This document shows, one piece after another, positions 1-8,222 of a stretch of DNA of 64,000 bases (position 1 is its first letter; each line of letters starts with the position of its first letter). Origin of the DNA: a virus. Lineage: Duplodnaviria; Caudoviricetes. The notes beneath the pieces are model-generated. The model worked only from the letters and a program-made list of their open reading frames with translations, ran no database searches and was not told the DNA's origin. Location of the stretch: IMG/VR virus record IMGVR_UViG_3300044608_000145, positions 1 to 64,000 of that record; one strand, written 5' to 3'. The translations under genes were made by a program, and so were the position numbers.

Positions 1-66
1 ATAAAGGACTTCATCTTATCTCCAGGATTGCCTTAGCTTTCTGAGCCACATACTATTTAGTAAAAA

Positions 67-540
67 TTAATCTTTGTCTTCGAAGTCCAGTTCCTCTGGT
101 GCACCATATTCGGTGTCTTCTGGATAATCATCAATATCGTCGACATCAATGTCAGATTCTTCGTCATCATATTCGTCATATACTGCATCTGGTTCGTCGA
201 GTTCTTCGATCTCTGACATATCAATTTCGTACCAGTTAATCATACCTGCTTCGTGGAAGTCGCGGATATAATAGTGCTCTTCTAATTCGCCCAACTCGTC
301 TAGGATTTCTTCAGCTTGTGACGCATACTCATCAAATTTGTCAAGATCTTGGTCTGTAGTTTTACGACCAAGAGTTGTCTTGCGAACAACAGCTAATGCT
401 TTGTCCAAGTGTTGAGCAGCTTCACGAACTAAACCTAGTTCTTCATCAAACTTACGCGCAGCCAGAGCAGAGAATGCTTCTGATGCAAGTGGCGAGATGT
501 CAAAGTTTTTAGTTTCGTAGTTGTCGATGATTAGATTCAT
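67..540 (-). CDS. Hypothetical protein with highly acidic C-terminus
   Basis: 157-aa ORF with an SD-like AAGGA upstream and a D/E-rich tail; no family recognised. Confidence 0.6.
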   Translation of the reverse strand: MNLIIDNYETKNFDISPLASEAFSALAARKFDEELGLVREAAQHLDKALAVVRKTTLGRKTTDQDLDKFDEYASQAEEILDELGELEEHYYIRDFHEAGMINWYEIDMSEIEELDEPDAVYDEYDDEESDIDVDDIDDYPEDTEYGAPEELDFEDKD

Positions 541-558
541 ACTGCAGTTTCCTTAATT

Positions 559-840
559 TTATTTCTTTGGTGCAGGTGGTTGTTCTGGTTCAGTCTTAGC
601 TTTCATAGCTAGAGCAGCACCACCAGCAGCGAGAACGATGCCAAGACCAGTTGCCCAATCCATAGCATCAAACTTACCATTGTTGTAAAGATCGTACATT
701 GTTAGGGCGAAATAAACAAACACACCCTTTGCCCATAGTAAACGACCTAGATCTAGTGTTTGATTATCTTTACCAGTAAAGGTATTTCTTAACATGTCTT
801 TTAGCGATGTCATAAATGTTTTCTCCTTATTGTCGGACAT
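559..840 (-). CDS. Small membrane protein, possibly holin-like
   Basis: 93 aa with two hydrophobic segments (LLWAKGVFVYFALTMY; WATGLGIVLAAGGAALAM); GGAG SD. Confidence 0.5.
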   Translation of the reverse strand: MSDNKEKTFMTSLKDMLRNTFTGKDNQTLDLGRLLWAKGVFVYFALTMYDLYNNGKFDAMDWATGLGIVLAAGGAALAMKAKTEPEQPPAPKK

Positions 841-867
841 AACAATTCTCCATCACCTTACATGAAA

Positions 868-1470
868 CTATTTAGTGGTTTTATACCTTGAGATGGACCC
901 TGAATGGTCAACATAAAAGGTCTCAAATTTCATCTCTGGGAACTCAGATTCAAGTTCGTGTAGTGCATCTAGGTTTGATTTGGCGTCGTCAAACAGGCGA
1001 ACCATTTCATACTTACCATCCTTGATTAGTTCTCGGATGACTACCTTTTTGTTTTGGGCTGAGTCAGCGCCACCGACATTACCAGCGCGGTGAACATATA
1101 CTTTACTTATATCGAAGCCATACTTCTTGAATGTATCAAGGAACACGTTCTTGTCGTCTAGATCGCCGCGAGCAGTGACGATGACTATCTTCTTGTTAGC
1201 AAATGCGCTGAATCGCGAGATGATAGACTTGGCTGTCTTAAACACCGTGGCGATCGGCTTGGCTGTTTTCTGAAACACCTCGGCACTGCGAAAGTCAGAG
1301 AAGTCAAGTGACTCTCCGCTCTTTACTTTATACACATTGAACTCAGCAGGAGTCAGCGACTTGATGCGCTTGCCACCCTTTACGATATGGATCTTAGTAT
1401 CTGTGGTGAATAGCGTGTCATCAATATCAAATATTGTCAGGCTGGCGGTCTTTGATTCAAACAATCTCAT
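868..1470 (-). CDS. HAD-superfamily phosphatase (resembles the Pnk 3'-phosphatase domain)
   Basis: Motifs IFDIDDT (DxDxT), VIVTAR, a conserved K and LFDD; ATGA overlap with the upstream ORF. Confidence 0.75.
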   Translation of the reverse strand: MRLFESKTASLTIFDIDDTLFTTDTKIHIVKGGKRIKSLTPAEFNVYKVKSGESLDFSDFRSAEVFQKTAKPIATVFKTAKSIISRFSAFANKKIVIVTARGDLDDKNVFLDTFKKYGFDISKVYVHRAGNVGGADSAQNKKVVIRELIKDGKYEMVRLFDDAKSNLDALHELESEFPEMKFETFYVDHSGSISRYKTTK

Positions 1471-1862
1471 TTAATTGGTCCATTTACTAGCCAAGCGGTG
1501 CAAGATCGACTGGCAGCACACTTGAAGTGAAACAGATTACAATAACCCAGCTCTGCTAAATCAACAGTCTTCTCACCGTCAACGTGCTTAACATCATTGA
1601 CAATACCAGATTCAATACACTTTAACATCTTCGGTGACTCATCAAACGCAGCACAATTTCCACACTTCATAGTTTTGGCAGTAGCTTCGTCAATCTTCCA
1701 TCGTTTGGCTGCATCTTTCCAGTAATTTCCTGGCTCGTTAGGATTAGCTGGACCATAATAGTATTCGTCGATTGCATGCTGACGATTTTCTAGGTTTACA
1801 TGAATATCCTGTGTAGCAACAGGACAAGATTCTTCAAGTAAGAAAGGAATAAACTTTTTCAT
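1467..1862 (-). CDS. Cys-rich small protein with HiPIP-like or metal-binding pattern
   Basis: CGNC...GYCxxF...C...CxAW; likely start at 1862 (MKKFIPFLLEE), giving an ATGA overlap with the upstream stop. Confidence 0.55.
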   Translation of the reverse strand: MKKFIPFLLEESCPVATQDIHVNLENRQHAIDEYYYGPANPNEPGNYWKDAAKRWKIDEATAKTMKCGNCAAFDESPKMLKCIESGIVNDVKHVDGEKTVDLAELGYCNLFHFKCAASRSCTAWLVNGPIK

Positions 1863-3091
1863 CTTTGCCAACCTTTTAGTATATCTGGTGAGAAGTTTGC
1901 GCGCGAGAACTCAAGACGATCTACAATTTTGACTGCGTTCTTGCCAGTATGATCAATAGCAACGTATCCTTCTTGACTTGTAGCCATAAATCCTACAGCT
2001 GTTTTTAAGAATGTACCGATGCCTTCTGCTTTGTTCATTTTAGAAACAATAACAATCTTGGCTTCGACGAGTAGTTTCATCAAGTCAAACACCTTGGCTA
2101 TTTCCATAGGATCGTTGTTGCTGAAGAACTTTAATACTCTTTGTTTTCTTTCACGAACTGCTTGCTTACCAGCTTCAGTTTTCTTTGAGTCTTCATCTTT
2201 CTGAAACTTGTCGGTGATGAACTGAACTAGACCACGAACGTGAGATGCGCCATTATCAATAATAGGTTGACCCATTCTAATCTTGCTGTTGTTAAAAGTC
2301 TTAGTCATAATAAGCAGTTCTTCATCATTAGCAAAGCCATTTAGAATAGCTGGCTTGATAGTTTGAAATAATGTACCAGCCCTAGAAAGAACCTTTGTAA
2401 CTTCTTCGGTTTCAGTTTGCGTCATGGTAGCTGTACCAGTCACATCGCGATAAGTCGCGTCATCAAACCAGACATTTTTGCTTGCTTTTAATTTACTTTT
2501 AATGTTTTTACCGAAGCTGGCTTTCATTGTTTCAAAAGAACTGCCAGTATAAGTTGTGTGCCAGACGATTCCCATCTTAGCACTCTGAATCTGTTTTGCT
2601 AATTTAGTTTTGGTAGGAACTGCATAGACGATAGTGTTTGGGTGAAATGTCACACAAGATTCACCGCCAATTTCCTGCGTTCTTAAGTCTGACTGAGTAA
2701 ACATCAGGTCACCTTGGATAACACCTTTGATGCCCAACTCAGGTAAATACTTTAGACAGGTTACAAGTTTATCAGCTAGGTCGCCCGATGTATCAGCGCG
2801 CACTTCAGCTGGTGTCTTATAGACTTTAGGATTCTTGTTAAAGATACCTTTCTTGGCTACAAAGAACTTGCCATCACGAGGATCGATGCCAGCAAATACA
2901 GCAGGTGCGCCATCCCACTTCACAGTGGTGTTTACTTTTACATTGCTATTACCAGCAAGCATGTCGCGTAGTGACTGAAGAAAGTTAATTGATTGTCTTG
3001 CTCCATCAACACCACCGTTTAGAACATTATCTTCAAGATGTTCCATGTGTGTGTTCTTTGCTTCGACGAGATATTTGTTAAATCCAATCAT
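1859..3091 (-). CDS. Conserved T4-like phage protein with ligase-type nucleotidyltransferase motifs (DUF6267-like)
   Basis: TVKWDG (KxDG motif I), QGDLMF (III), EGYV (IV), AVKIV (V). Confidence 0.6.
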   Translation of the reverse strand: MIGFNKYLVEAKNTHMEHLEDNVLNGGVDGARQSINFLQSLRDMLAGNSNVKVNTTVKWDGAPAVFAGIDPRDGKFFVAKKGIFNKNPKVYKTPAEVRADTSGDLADKLVTCLKYLPELGIKGVIQGDLMFTQSDLRTQEIGGESCVTFHPNTIVYAVPTKTKLAKQIQSAKMGIVWHTTYTGSSFETMKASFGKNIKSKLKASKNVWFDDATYRDVTGTATMTQTETEEVTKVLSRAGTLFQTIKPAILNGFANDEELLIMTKTFNNSKIRMGQPIIDNGASHVRGLVQFITDKFQKDEDSKKTEAGKQAVRERKQRVLKFFSNNDPMEIAKVFDLMKLLVEAKIVIVSKMNKAEGIGTFLKTAVGFMATSQEGYVAIDHTGKNAVKIVDRLEFSRANFSPDILKGWQR

Positions 3092-3113
3092 AGATCTTCC
3101 TTTTTGCGTAATC

Positions 3114-3121
3114 TATTTAGG
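3114..3121 (-). promoter_or_regulatory. Late-type promoter CCTAAATA
   Basis: Variant of the gp55-type TATAAATA, just downstream of a terminator and upstream of the 3091 ORF. Confidence 0.5.
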
Positions 3122-3122
3122 T

Positions 3123-3146
3123 AAAAAGGGAGCCGAAGCTCCCTTT
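3123..3146 (-). terminator. Rho-independent terminator
   Basis: AAAGGGAGC-TTCG-GCTCCCTTTTT after thyX. Confidence 0.85.
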
Positions 3147-3147
3147 G

Positions 3148-4032
3148 TTACTTTTTGTAGGACCAGCAGGTGTGGTCTTCAATCAATTGACGGTGTTGTA
3201 TCCACTGTCGGAAGTTGCCAGACCAAGCATTACCTTTGTTGTCAAATCCAGTCGTTCCTTTCACTTGAACATCACCAGCCATACCATACGTCAGCGGTGT
3301 AGCCTGATGCTCAAACGGCGAAGCATGAACTGGCTTTGATTCTACCAGACGCTTAAAGATATCGCGAGCCTTCTCAAGCGAGTCATCTAGTCTGCGGTAG
3401 GATACCTGAGCGCAACAAGACGACGAGATAGCCAGCGCGTCTTCTAGTGTATCCTCTGAATCGAACGACCACTTACCGTCAGCGTAGTAAGGAACGTGCC
3501 ATTCATTAGCACCAATATTCTGAATGTTGCTCTTGTTGTATTCTTCCCACATCACAACAGCTAGTTCGTGAATCTCTGGTTGCGCGTCAGGATGATTGCG
3601 TAGCCAGAAGAAATTGTCAAACTCAGTAGCGGTACAAACAACTTTAATCATAGTAAATGGTTCAAGGATGCGATTCACTAGCTGTTTGTGATAGCCAGCA
3701 AACGCATAACGATTAGCATATTCAACCGCAGACTTCATAGCCTGCAACCAAATCATCGTTCCTTCTTCTGCGCTTAGTTCTTCCTTCGCACTCATTCCTG
3801 GCTGGTTCTTGCCCCAGTGAATAGGTTTGGCTGTATTGCTTTCTACCAAGTCAATCATCTTGCTGACTGGAATGGCACGAGAACTCGCAGCATTGCGCGA
3901 GAATAGGCGGTGCGTCATGAACTCTGCGTGAATAAAGCGCGGATACTCAAGTTCGAATGTTGTGAGTCTCACGTCATCAGGTGAGATAGAGTCAGCGATA
4001 ATCTTCGCCGAGATGTTTCCTTTGCCAATCAT
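3148..4032 (-). CDS. thyX: Flavin-dependent thymidylate synthase
   Basis: PRFIHAEFMTHRLFSRNAASSRAIP ThyX motif, HASPFEH; start moved to MIGKG after a GGAG SD because the longer ORF runs through a terminator. Confidence 0.85.
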   Translation of the reverse strand: MIGKGNISAKIIADSISPDDVRLTTFELEYPRFIHAEFMTHRLFSRNAASSRAIPVSKMIDLVESNTAKPIHWGKNQPGMSAKEELSAEEGTMIWLQAMKSAVEYANRYAFAGYHKQLVNRILEPFTMIKVVCTATEFDNFFWLRNHPDAQPEIHELAVVMWEEYNKSNIQNIGANEWHVPYYADGKWSFDSEDTLEDALAISSSCCAQVSYRRLDDSLEKARDIFKRLVESKPVHASPFEHQATPLTYGMAGDVQVKGTTGFDNKGNAWSGNFRQWIQHRQLIEDHTCWSYKK

Positions 4033-4046
4033 AATTTCTCCAAACA

Positions 4047-4071
4047 AAAAGGAGCCACCCGAAGGTGGCTC
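4047..4071 (-). terminator. Rho-independent terminator
   Basis: GAGCCACC-TTCG-GGTGGCTC-CTTTT; same core hairpin as after gp23. Confidence 0.8.
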
Positions 4072-4093
4072 AAGTACCACTACCAATATTTAG

Positions 4094-5314
4094 TTAGAAA
4101 GCAATAGCGTCTTCTGCGGTTTCCACTTTAGGTTCAGTCGCAGAAGCATCAGGCTTCTTCTTGCTTGTGGTCGGATCGATCTTGGTGTAAAGGTCAAGCC
4201 AGCTGTCACGAGTGTCAGTATCGAAGCGAGCAACGCACAGCTTGATAGCTTTCAGTCGGTCTTTGAACATCACATACGCACGAGCGATATGAAGCAGACG
4301 ACGAGTAGACATGGTTTCGTTAGCACCACCATCATCGAAAGTCTTACGGATAGTTTCAGCCCAGTCGGTCAGATAGCCGACGAACTCTTCTTGCTTGTCA
4401 CCAAGGGTGTCAAAGAATTCTTGAGTCAGGATGTTAGCTTCGGTTTTCTTGGTCGGATATTCCTGCTCCATGGTGATAGAGAATCGCTCAAGGAATGCTT
4501 CGTTCAGGAACTGCGTACCAACGAAACGACCGTCTTCCGAACCTTTACCTTTGGTGTTCGCGGTAGCGATGACGTTGAATCCAGGAACAGGATACACCAT
4601 CTCACCAGTCTTCTTGTTAAGGAACGGTTTACCTTCGAGAATAGATTGCAGAGCAGTAAAGCCTTGCGCGGTTGCGTAGTCAACTTCGTCGAGCAACAGG
4701 ATGGCGCCACGTTTGGCAGCAGTGATAACAACACCCTCTTCGAAGATGACGTTGCCATCGACCAGCGTCTTGTCGCCGAGCAGGTCAGACTCGTCGGTCA
4801 GCGGAGTGAAGTTGACGCGATACATTTCGCGCTTCAGTTCGGCACAGATTTGCTCGACCATCGCGGTCTTACCATTACCAGATTGACCAGTAATAAAGAC
4901 AGGATAGAACATGTTGGAGTCGATGATACGTTTCAGGTCAGCATAGTGACCGAACTTGACGTAGTTCTTGTTCTTCTCAGGAACGTTGGTGTCAAAAGTA
5001 TTAGAAGCGACACGACGTTCAGTGTGAACGATATTCTCAACGACAGGAGCAGTCACTTTGGCTGCGCGTTTGAGTTCTTCTTGTTTCGCGATACTCATCG
5101 GAACTTTCACAGGCTGAGTGTTGTTGACAGCGAGGTGCATACTCGGAAGCATGTAAGTACCGCGACCGACACGCAGAGATTTATCGTTAGCGATAAACCC
5201 ATAAGAACGACCGCATTGTTCTTCAACAGCAGACAGTTCGGCGCGAGTGAATTCCGTTTTATTCGGAAACATTTCCGCAGCTTTTGACAAAAATTCGATT
5301 TGATTAACTTTCAT
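4094..5314 (-). CDS. cobS: MoxR/CobS-like AAA+ ATPase
   Basis: Walker A GQSGNGKT, Walker B LLLDEVD, ATANTKGKG, NEAFLERF, STRRL. Confidence 0.85.
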   Translation of the reverse strand: MKVNQIEFLSKAAEMFPNKTEFTRAELSAVEEQCGRSYGFIANDKSLRVGRGTYMLPSMHLAVNNTQPVKVPMSIAKQEELKRAAKVTAPVVENIVHTERRVASNTFDTNVPEKNKNYVKFGHYADLKRIIDSNMFYPVFITGQSGNGKTAMVEQICAELKREMYRVNFTPLTDESDLLGDKTLVDGNVIFEEGVVITAAKRGAILLLDEVDYATAQGFTALQSILEGKPFLNKKTGEMVYPVPGFNVIATANTKGKGSEDGRFVGTQFLNEAFLERFSITMEQEYPTKKTEANILTQEFFDTLGDKQEEFVGYLTDWAETIRKTFDDGGANETMSTRRLLHIARAYVMFKDRLKAIKLCVARFDTDTRDSWLDLYTKIDPTTSKKKPDASATEPKVETAEDAIAF

Positions 5315-5357
5315 AGTATATTCCTTGGTAGAGGTGTGGTTTTCAACTTACAAACAT

Positions 5358-5386
5358 AGTATAACTGAATTAGACTGCGAAGTAAA
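5358..5386 (-). promoter_or_regulatory. Early/middle sigma70-type promoter TTTACT-N17-TATACT
   Basis: Member of a 10-copy promoter family with an exact 17-bp spacer. Confidence 0.7.
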
Positions 5387-5418
5387 ATAATACACAGTAA
5401 TTCTATAATATCTAGCAA

Positions 5419-5456
5419 AATCAATGACTTAAAGTTCTAATGAAATCAATGACTTA
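5419..5456. repeat. Two copies of AATCAATGACTTA (IHF consensus WATCAAnnnnTTR)
   Basis: 5419-5431 and 5444-5456, upstream of the cobS promoter. Confidence 0.65.
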
Positions 5457-5473
5457 GCAGACTACGGCTCCTG

Positions 5474-5923
5474 TCAGACATCCCAGAACAAGCGGTTCAG
5501 ACAGTATTGATATCCGTATGCTTCAACTTCCCATGGCTGAAGAAAATACTCAAACTCCTTCAGGTCATAGTTCTTTCTTCCATACTTTGCTACACGATAG
5601 TTTTTGATTACAAGTTTGCCAGTTGCGAACTGCCAAGCATGAGTCAATTCGTGGAATAAGATTTCCGTATATTGTTGCGGAGTCAAGTCTTTCTTAAACA
5701 TCTTCTGGTTTACTTCGATGCTAAACTCTTCTGGTTTAGTACCGTGGTCTGGAATGTGCGGATCGCACCATGCTTCAGCATGAGTGTTGCTTGACACAAA
5801 CTCAACATGAACGTGACCAAACGCAAACTTCTTATCAGAAGGAATATTGTCTACGAAAAACTTAACTGCTTTCCTAGTGTATGGTTTTAGTTTCTTTGGT
5901 ACTTTACAAGATGTGATTCGCAT
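5474..5923 (-). CDS. Zinc metallopeptidase-like protein
   Basis: LFHELTHAWQ (HExxH) and PWEVEAY. Confidence 0.7.
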   Translation of the reverse strand: MRITSCKVPKKLKPYTRKAVKFFVDNIPSDKKFAFGHVHVEFVSSNTHAEAWCDPHIPDHGTKPEEFSIEVNQKMFKKDLTPQQYTEILFHELTHAWQFATGKLVIKNYRVAKYGRKNYDLKEFEYFLQPWEVEAYGYQYCLNRLFWDV

Positions 5924-5931
5924 GGTTATCC

Positions 5932-8073
5932 TTATACAATTTTAGCAGCGATGTCATCAATGAATTTCGACAGAATGACGCGGTTATCTCGTTTAGATTG
6001 AGAGTGTGAAGCAAAAGATTTTTTGATTTCTTTGACGATAGCTTCCTCGTTCTTGATAACTTTTTGTTTCTTCGGAGGAACAGGTGCAGTCGGATCGTGT
6101 TCCTGTTCTTTACCACCGACGACATAATCATCAAAGTCAAAATCCCATTCGTCGTTGACAACAATGTTCTTGTTAGACACGAGGAAGAAACGGTCAGCAC
6201 GGAACGTTTTGGTTTTATGAATTACAGCAAACCCATTCTTGAGTTTGGCGGAGTAGTCACCGCTCCACTGACGCGCAGTGTTTAAGACAGAGCGAGTGTC
6301 GGAGATGTAATAACCGATAATGTTTACACGACCATGATTGCGGTCGCGAATCAAATCAAAACCCAGATGCGTTTCACAGTTGCGGTCGTGAGCAGTTCGA
6401 TAGGTGACACCAGTTTTCGGATCAAAGATGTGATACGAACTACCCCACCACAGATTGCGATTGCTACCAGATTCACCATCAGTCAGAACAATAACGTTGG
6501 TGACTTCAGATTTGTGCTTGGCGCGGAACTGCTTTACATACTCAGAGGTGATAAACAGCGCAGCATTCAGCGGAGTACCGTTGAGATGGAAACAACTAAA
6601 GTCACCATCACGAATAACGCTGTCGCGCGGAAGCCAACTATATTTGGCTTGCAACTCGCTGTCCCAGTAGTTGGCACCCTCGTACACAGAGATTGCATAG
6701 AAGTTAGCGATGTGTTGTTTGAATTCAGAAGCAGTAGATTCAGAAGACAGCATCTCAAACATAGTCACATTATTATGTACACCGTAGTCTCCGTCTTGCT
6801 CTTGCGGTTTACCAGTTGAGAAACTAGGAATGCGATTAGCGAAGATCTGAACCGAGAACGGAATACCAACCTTGCGACAGAACATAGCGAGGTTGATAGT
6901 TTGAATGACAGTGTCAATCAACTGGTTGCTCATAGAGCCAGACCAGTCAACAATCATTACCATCGAGTGGTTCTTACCTTTGTGTTCGATAATGTTGCGA
7001 CGGAAGATGTCATCTGACAACTGATACTTGGAAAGTTTCTTCATATCAAGACGACCAGATTTAGAATACTGAGTGCGAGCATACGAAGTTGCGCGTTTCT
7101 TGGACTCAAATTCCTTCACCATCGTATTCACGATGACAGTTTGTTGAGCCAACATTTCGTTGGTGGAATTGTTGATGCCAGAAGTAAGGTTAGAAAATGC
7201 GTGGTTGAGAACTGCATGCGATTGTTTAGCAGGAATCACCCAGTCTTTCAGATTCACATTACCAACTTTCATAAAGGTATCTTTGTTACCTTTCTGTGCT
7301 GCGTTGTTCTCGAGGTTAAACATGCGTTCGCGGTATTCTTTATCAGTGACAGAACTGATACCGTCAACTGAAGCATCTTTACCAGTAGCTTCGTTCGGAT
7401 CTTCATCGTCTGATTCAATTCCGTCACCACTGCCTTTGCTTTCTTTAGCACCACCAGAAACTTCCTGCATCAGCATTTCAGTTTCGTTGGTCTGAGCCTG
7501 TTCCTTAGCGTATGCGTACAGTTCGCGAGCAATGCGCTCAACATCTTCCCAAGTTTCAGCTTGGTCGATTTTGAATAGCCAGTCGCGCTCTTCGTCGTTA
7601 AACGGAACGTGCACGAGCGAGCCGAGTTTGTAGTAGATATTGATGCGGTCAATAAGCGAAGCAGTATTGACATCGACGTTGTGTTTCTTCATGCCAAAGA
7701 AGTCGTCTTCGTTCAGGCGACCATAACCCTCGCGGAAAGTGTTAGATGCGCCAGCGAAACGACGCTTGATAGTTTTCTCAATGCGAGCATCTTCGATGAT
7801 ATTGAGATAGCCTTTAAGGTTCGGGTCATTAACAACCGCAGTGTGCCAGCCATCAGCTGGAGTATAGAGCGCATGCGCCATCTCGTGAATAGTCAGCAGG
7901 TCATAAACTTCCTCGCTGGTTTTCCAGATTGGCATATACATCGTGCGCGTCTTCGGATCGAAGGACGCAGTAGCGAAGTCGGGCGAGCGGACAATGTTGA
8001 TATTCTCGGTTGCGATTAGACGCGCGAGATATTCTTTAGATGAGTTGTATTCGTAAAACGATTGTTCGGACAT
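5932..8073 (-). CDS. CobT-like protein: N-terminal metallopeptidase-like domain plus VWA domain
   Basis: HEMAHALYT, NIIEDARIE, MIDAS DWSGSM, GTPL, LTDGE; likely start MSEQSF after an AAGGAG SD. Confidence 0.8.
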   Translation of the reverse strand: MSEQSFYEYNSSKEYLARLIATENINIVRSPDFATASFDPKTRTMYMPIWKTSEEVYDLLTIHEMAHALYTPADGWHTAVVNDPNLKGYLNIIEDARIEKTIKRRFAGASNTFREGYGRLNEDDFFGMKKHNVDVNTASLIDRINIYYKLGSLVHVPFNDEERDWLFKIDQAETWEDVERIARELYAYAKEQAQTNETEMLMQEVSGGAKESKGSGDGIESDDEDPNEATGKDASVDGISSVTDKEYRERMFNLENNAAQKGNKDTFMKVGNVNLKDWVIPAKQSHAVLNHAFSNLTSGINNSTNEMLAQQTVIVNTMVKEFESKKRATSYARTQYSKSGRLDMKKLSKYQLSDDIFRRNIIEHKGKNHSMVMIVDWSGSMSNQLIDTVIQTINLAMFCRKVGIPFSVQIFANRIPSFSTGKPQEQDGDYGVHNNVTMFEMLSSESTASEFKQHIANFYAISVYEGANYWDSELQAKYSWLPRDSVIRDGDFSCFHLNGTPLNAALFITSEYVKQFRAKHKSEVTNVIVLTDGESGSNRNLWWGSSYHIFDPKTGVTYRTAHDRNCETHLGFDLIRDRNHGRVNIIGYYISDTRSVLNTARQWSGDYSAKLKNGFAVIHKTKTFRADRFFLVSNKNIVVNDEWDFDFDDYVVGGKEQEHDPTAPVPPKKQKVIKNEEAIVKEIKKSFASHSQSKRDNRVILSKFIDDIAAKIV

Positions 8074-8099
8074 AAGCGATACTCCTTTCAGATACACCT

Positions 8100-8128
8100 A
8101 TTATACCGCGAAACGCACACTGAATAAA
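8100..8128 (-). promoter_or_regulatory. Early/middle promoter TTTATT-N17-TATAAT
   Basis: Promoter family variant with a 17-bp spacer. Confidence 0.65.
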
Positions 8129-8145
8129 ACAATAAAACCCTTACA

Positions 8146-8220
8146 AATCAATGACTTGCAAGGGTCTTAAAATAGCTAGGAAAATCAGTGGGTTGAAAAC
8201 CCTTATAAATCAAGGACTTA
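8146..8220. repeat. Three IHF-consensus boxes inside an imperfect direct repeat
   Basis: AATCAATGACTTG 8146-8158, AATCAGTGGGTTG 8183-8195, AATCAAGGACTTA 8208-8220. Confidence 0.6.
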
Positions 8221-8222
8221 CA

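Noticed and set aside
4289-5287. 332-aa plus-strand ORF, and other long antisense ORFs such as 9992-10618 and 55042-55821
   Set aside because: They fully overlap well-supported minus-strand genes and have no recognisable motifs
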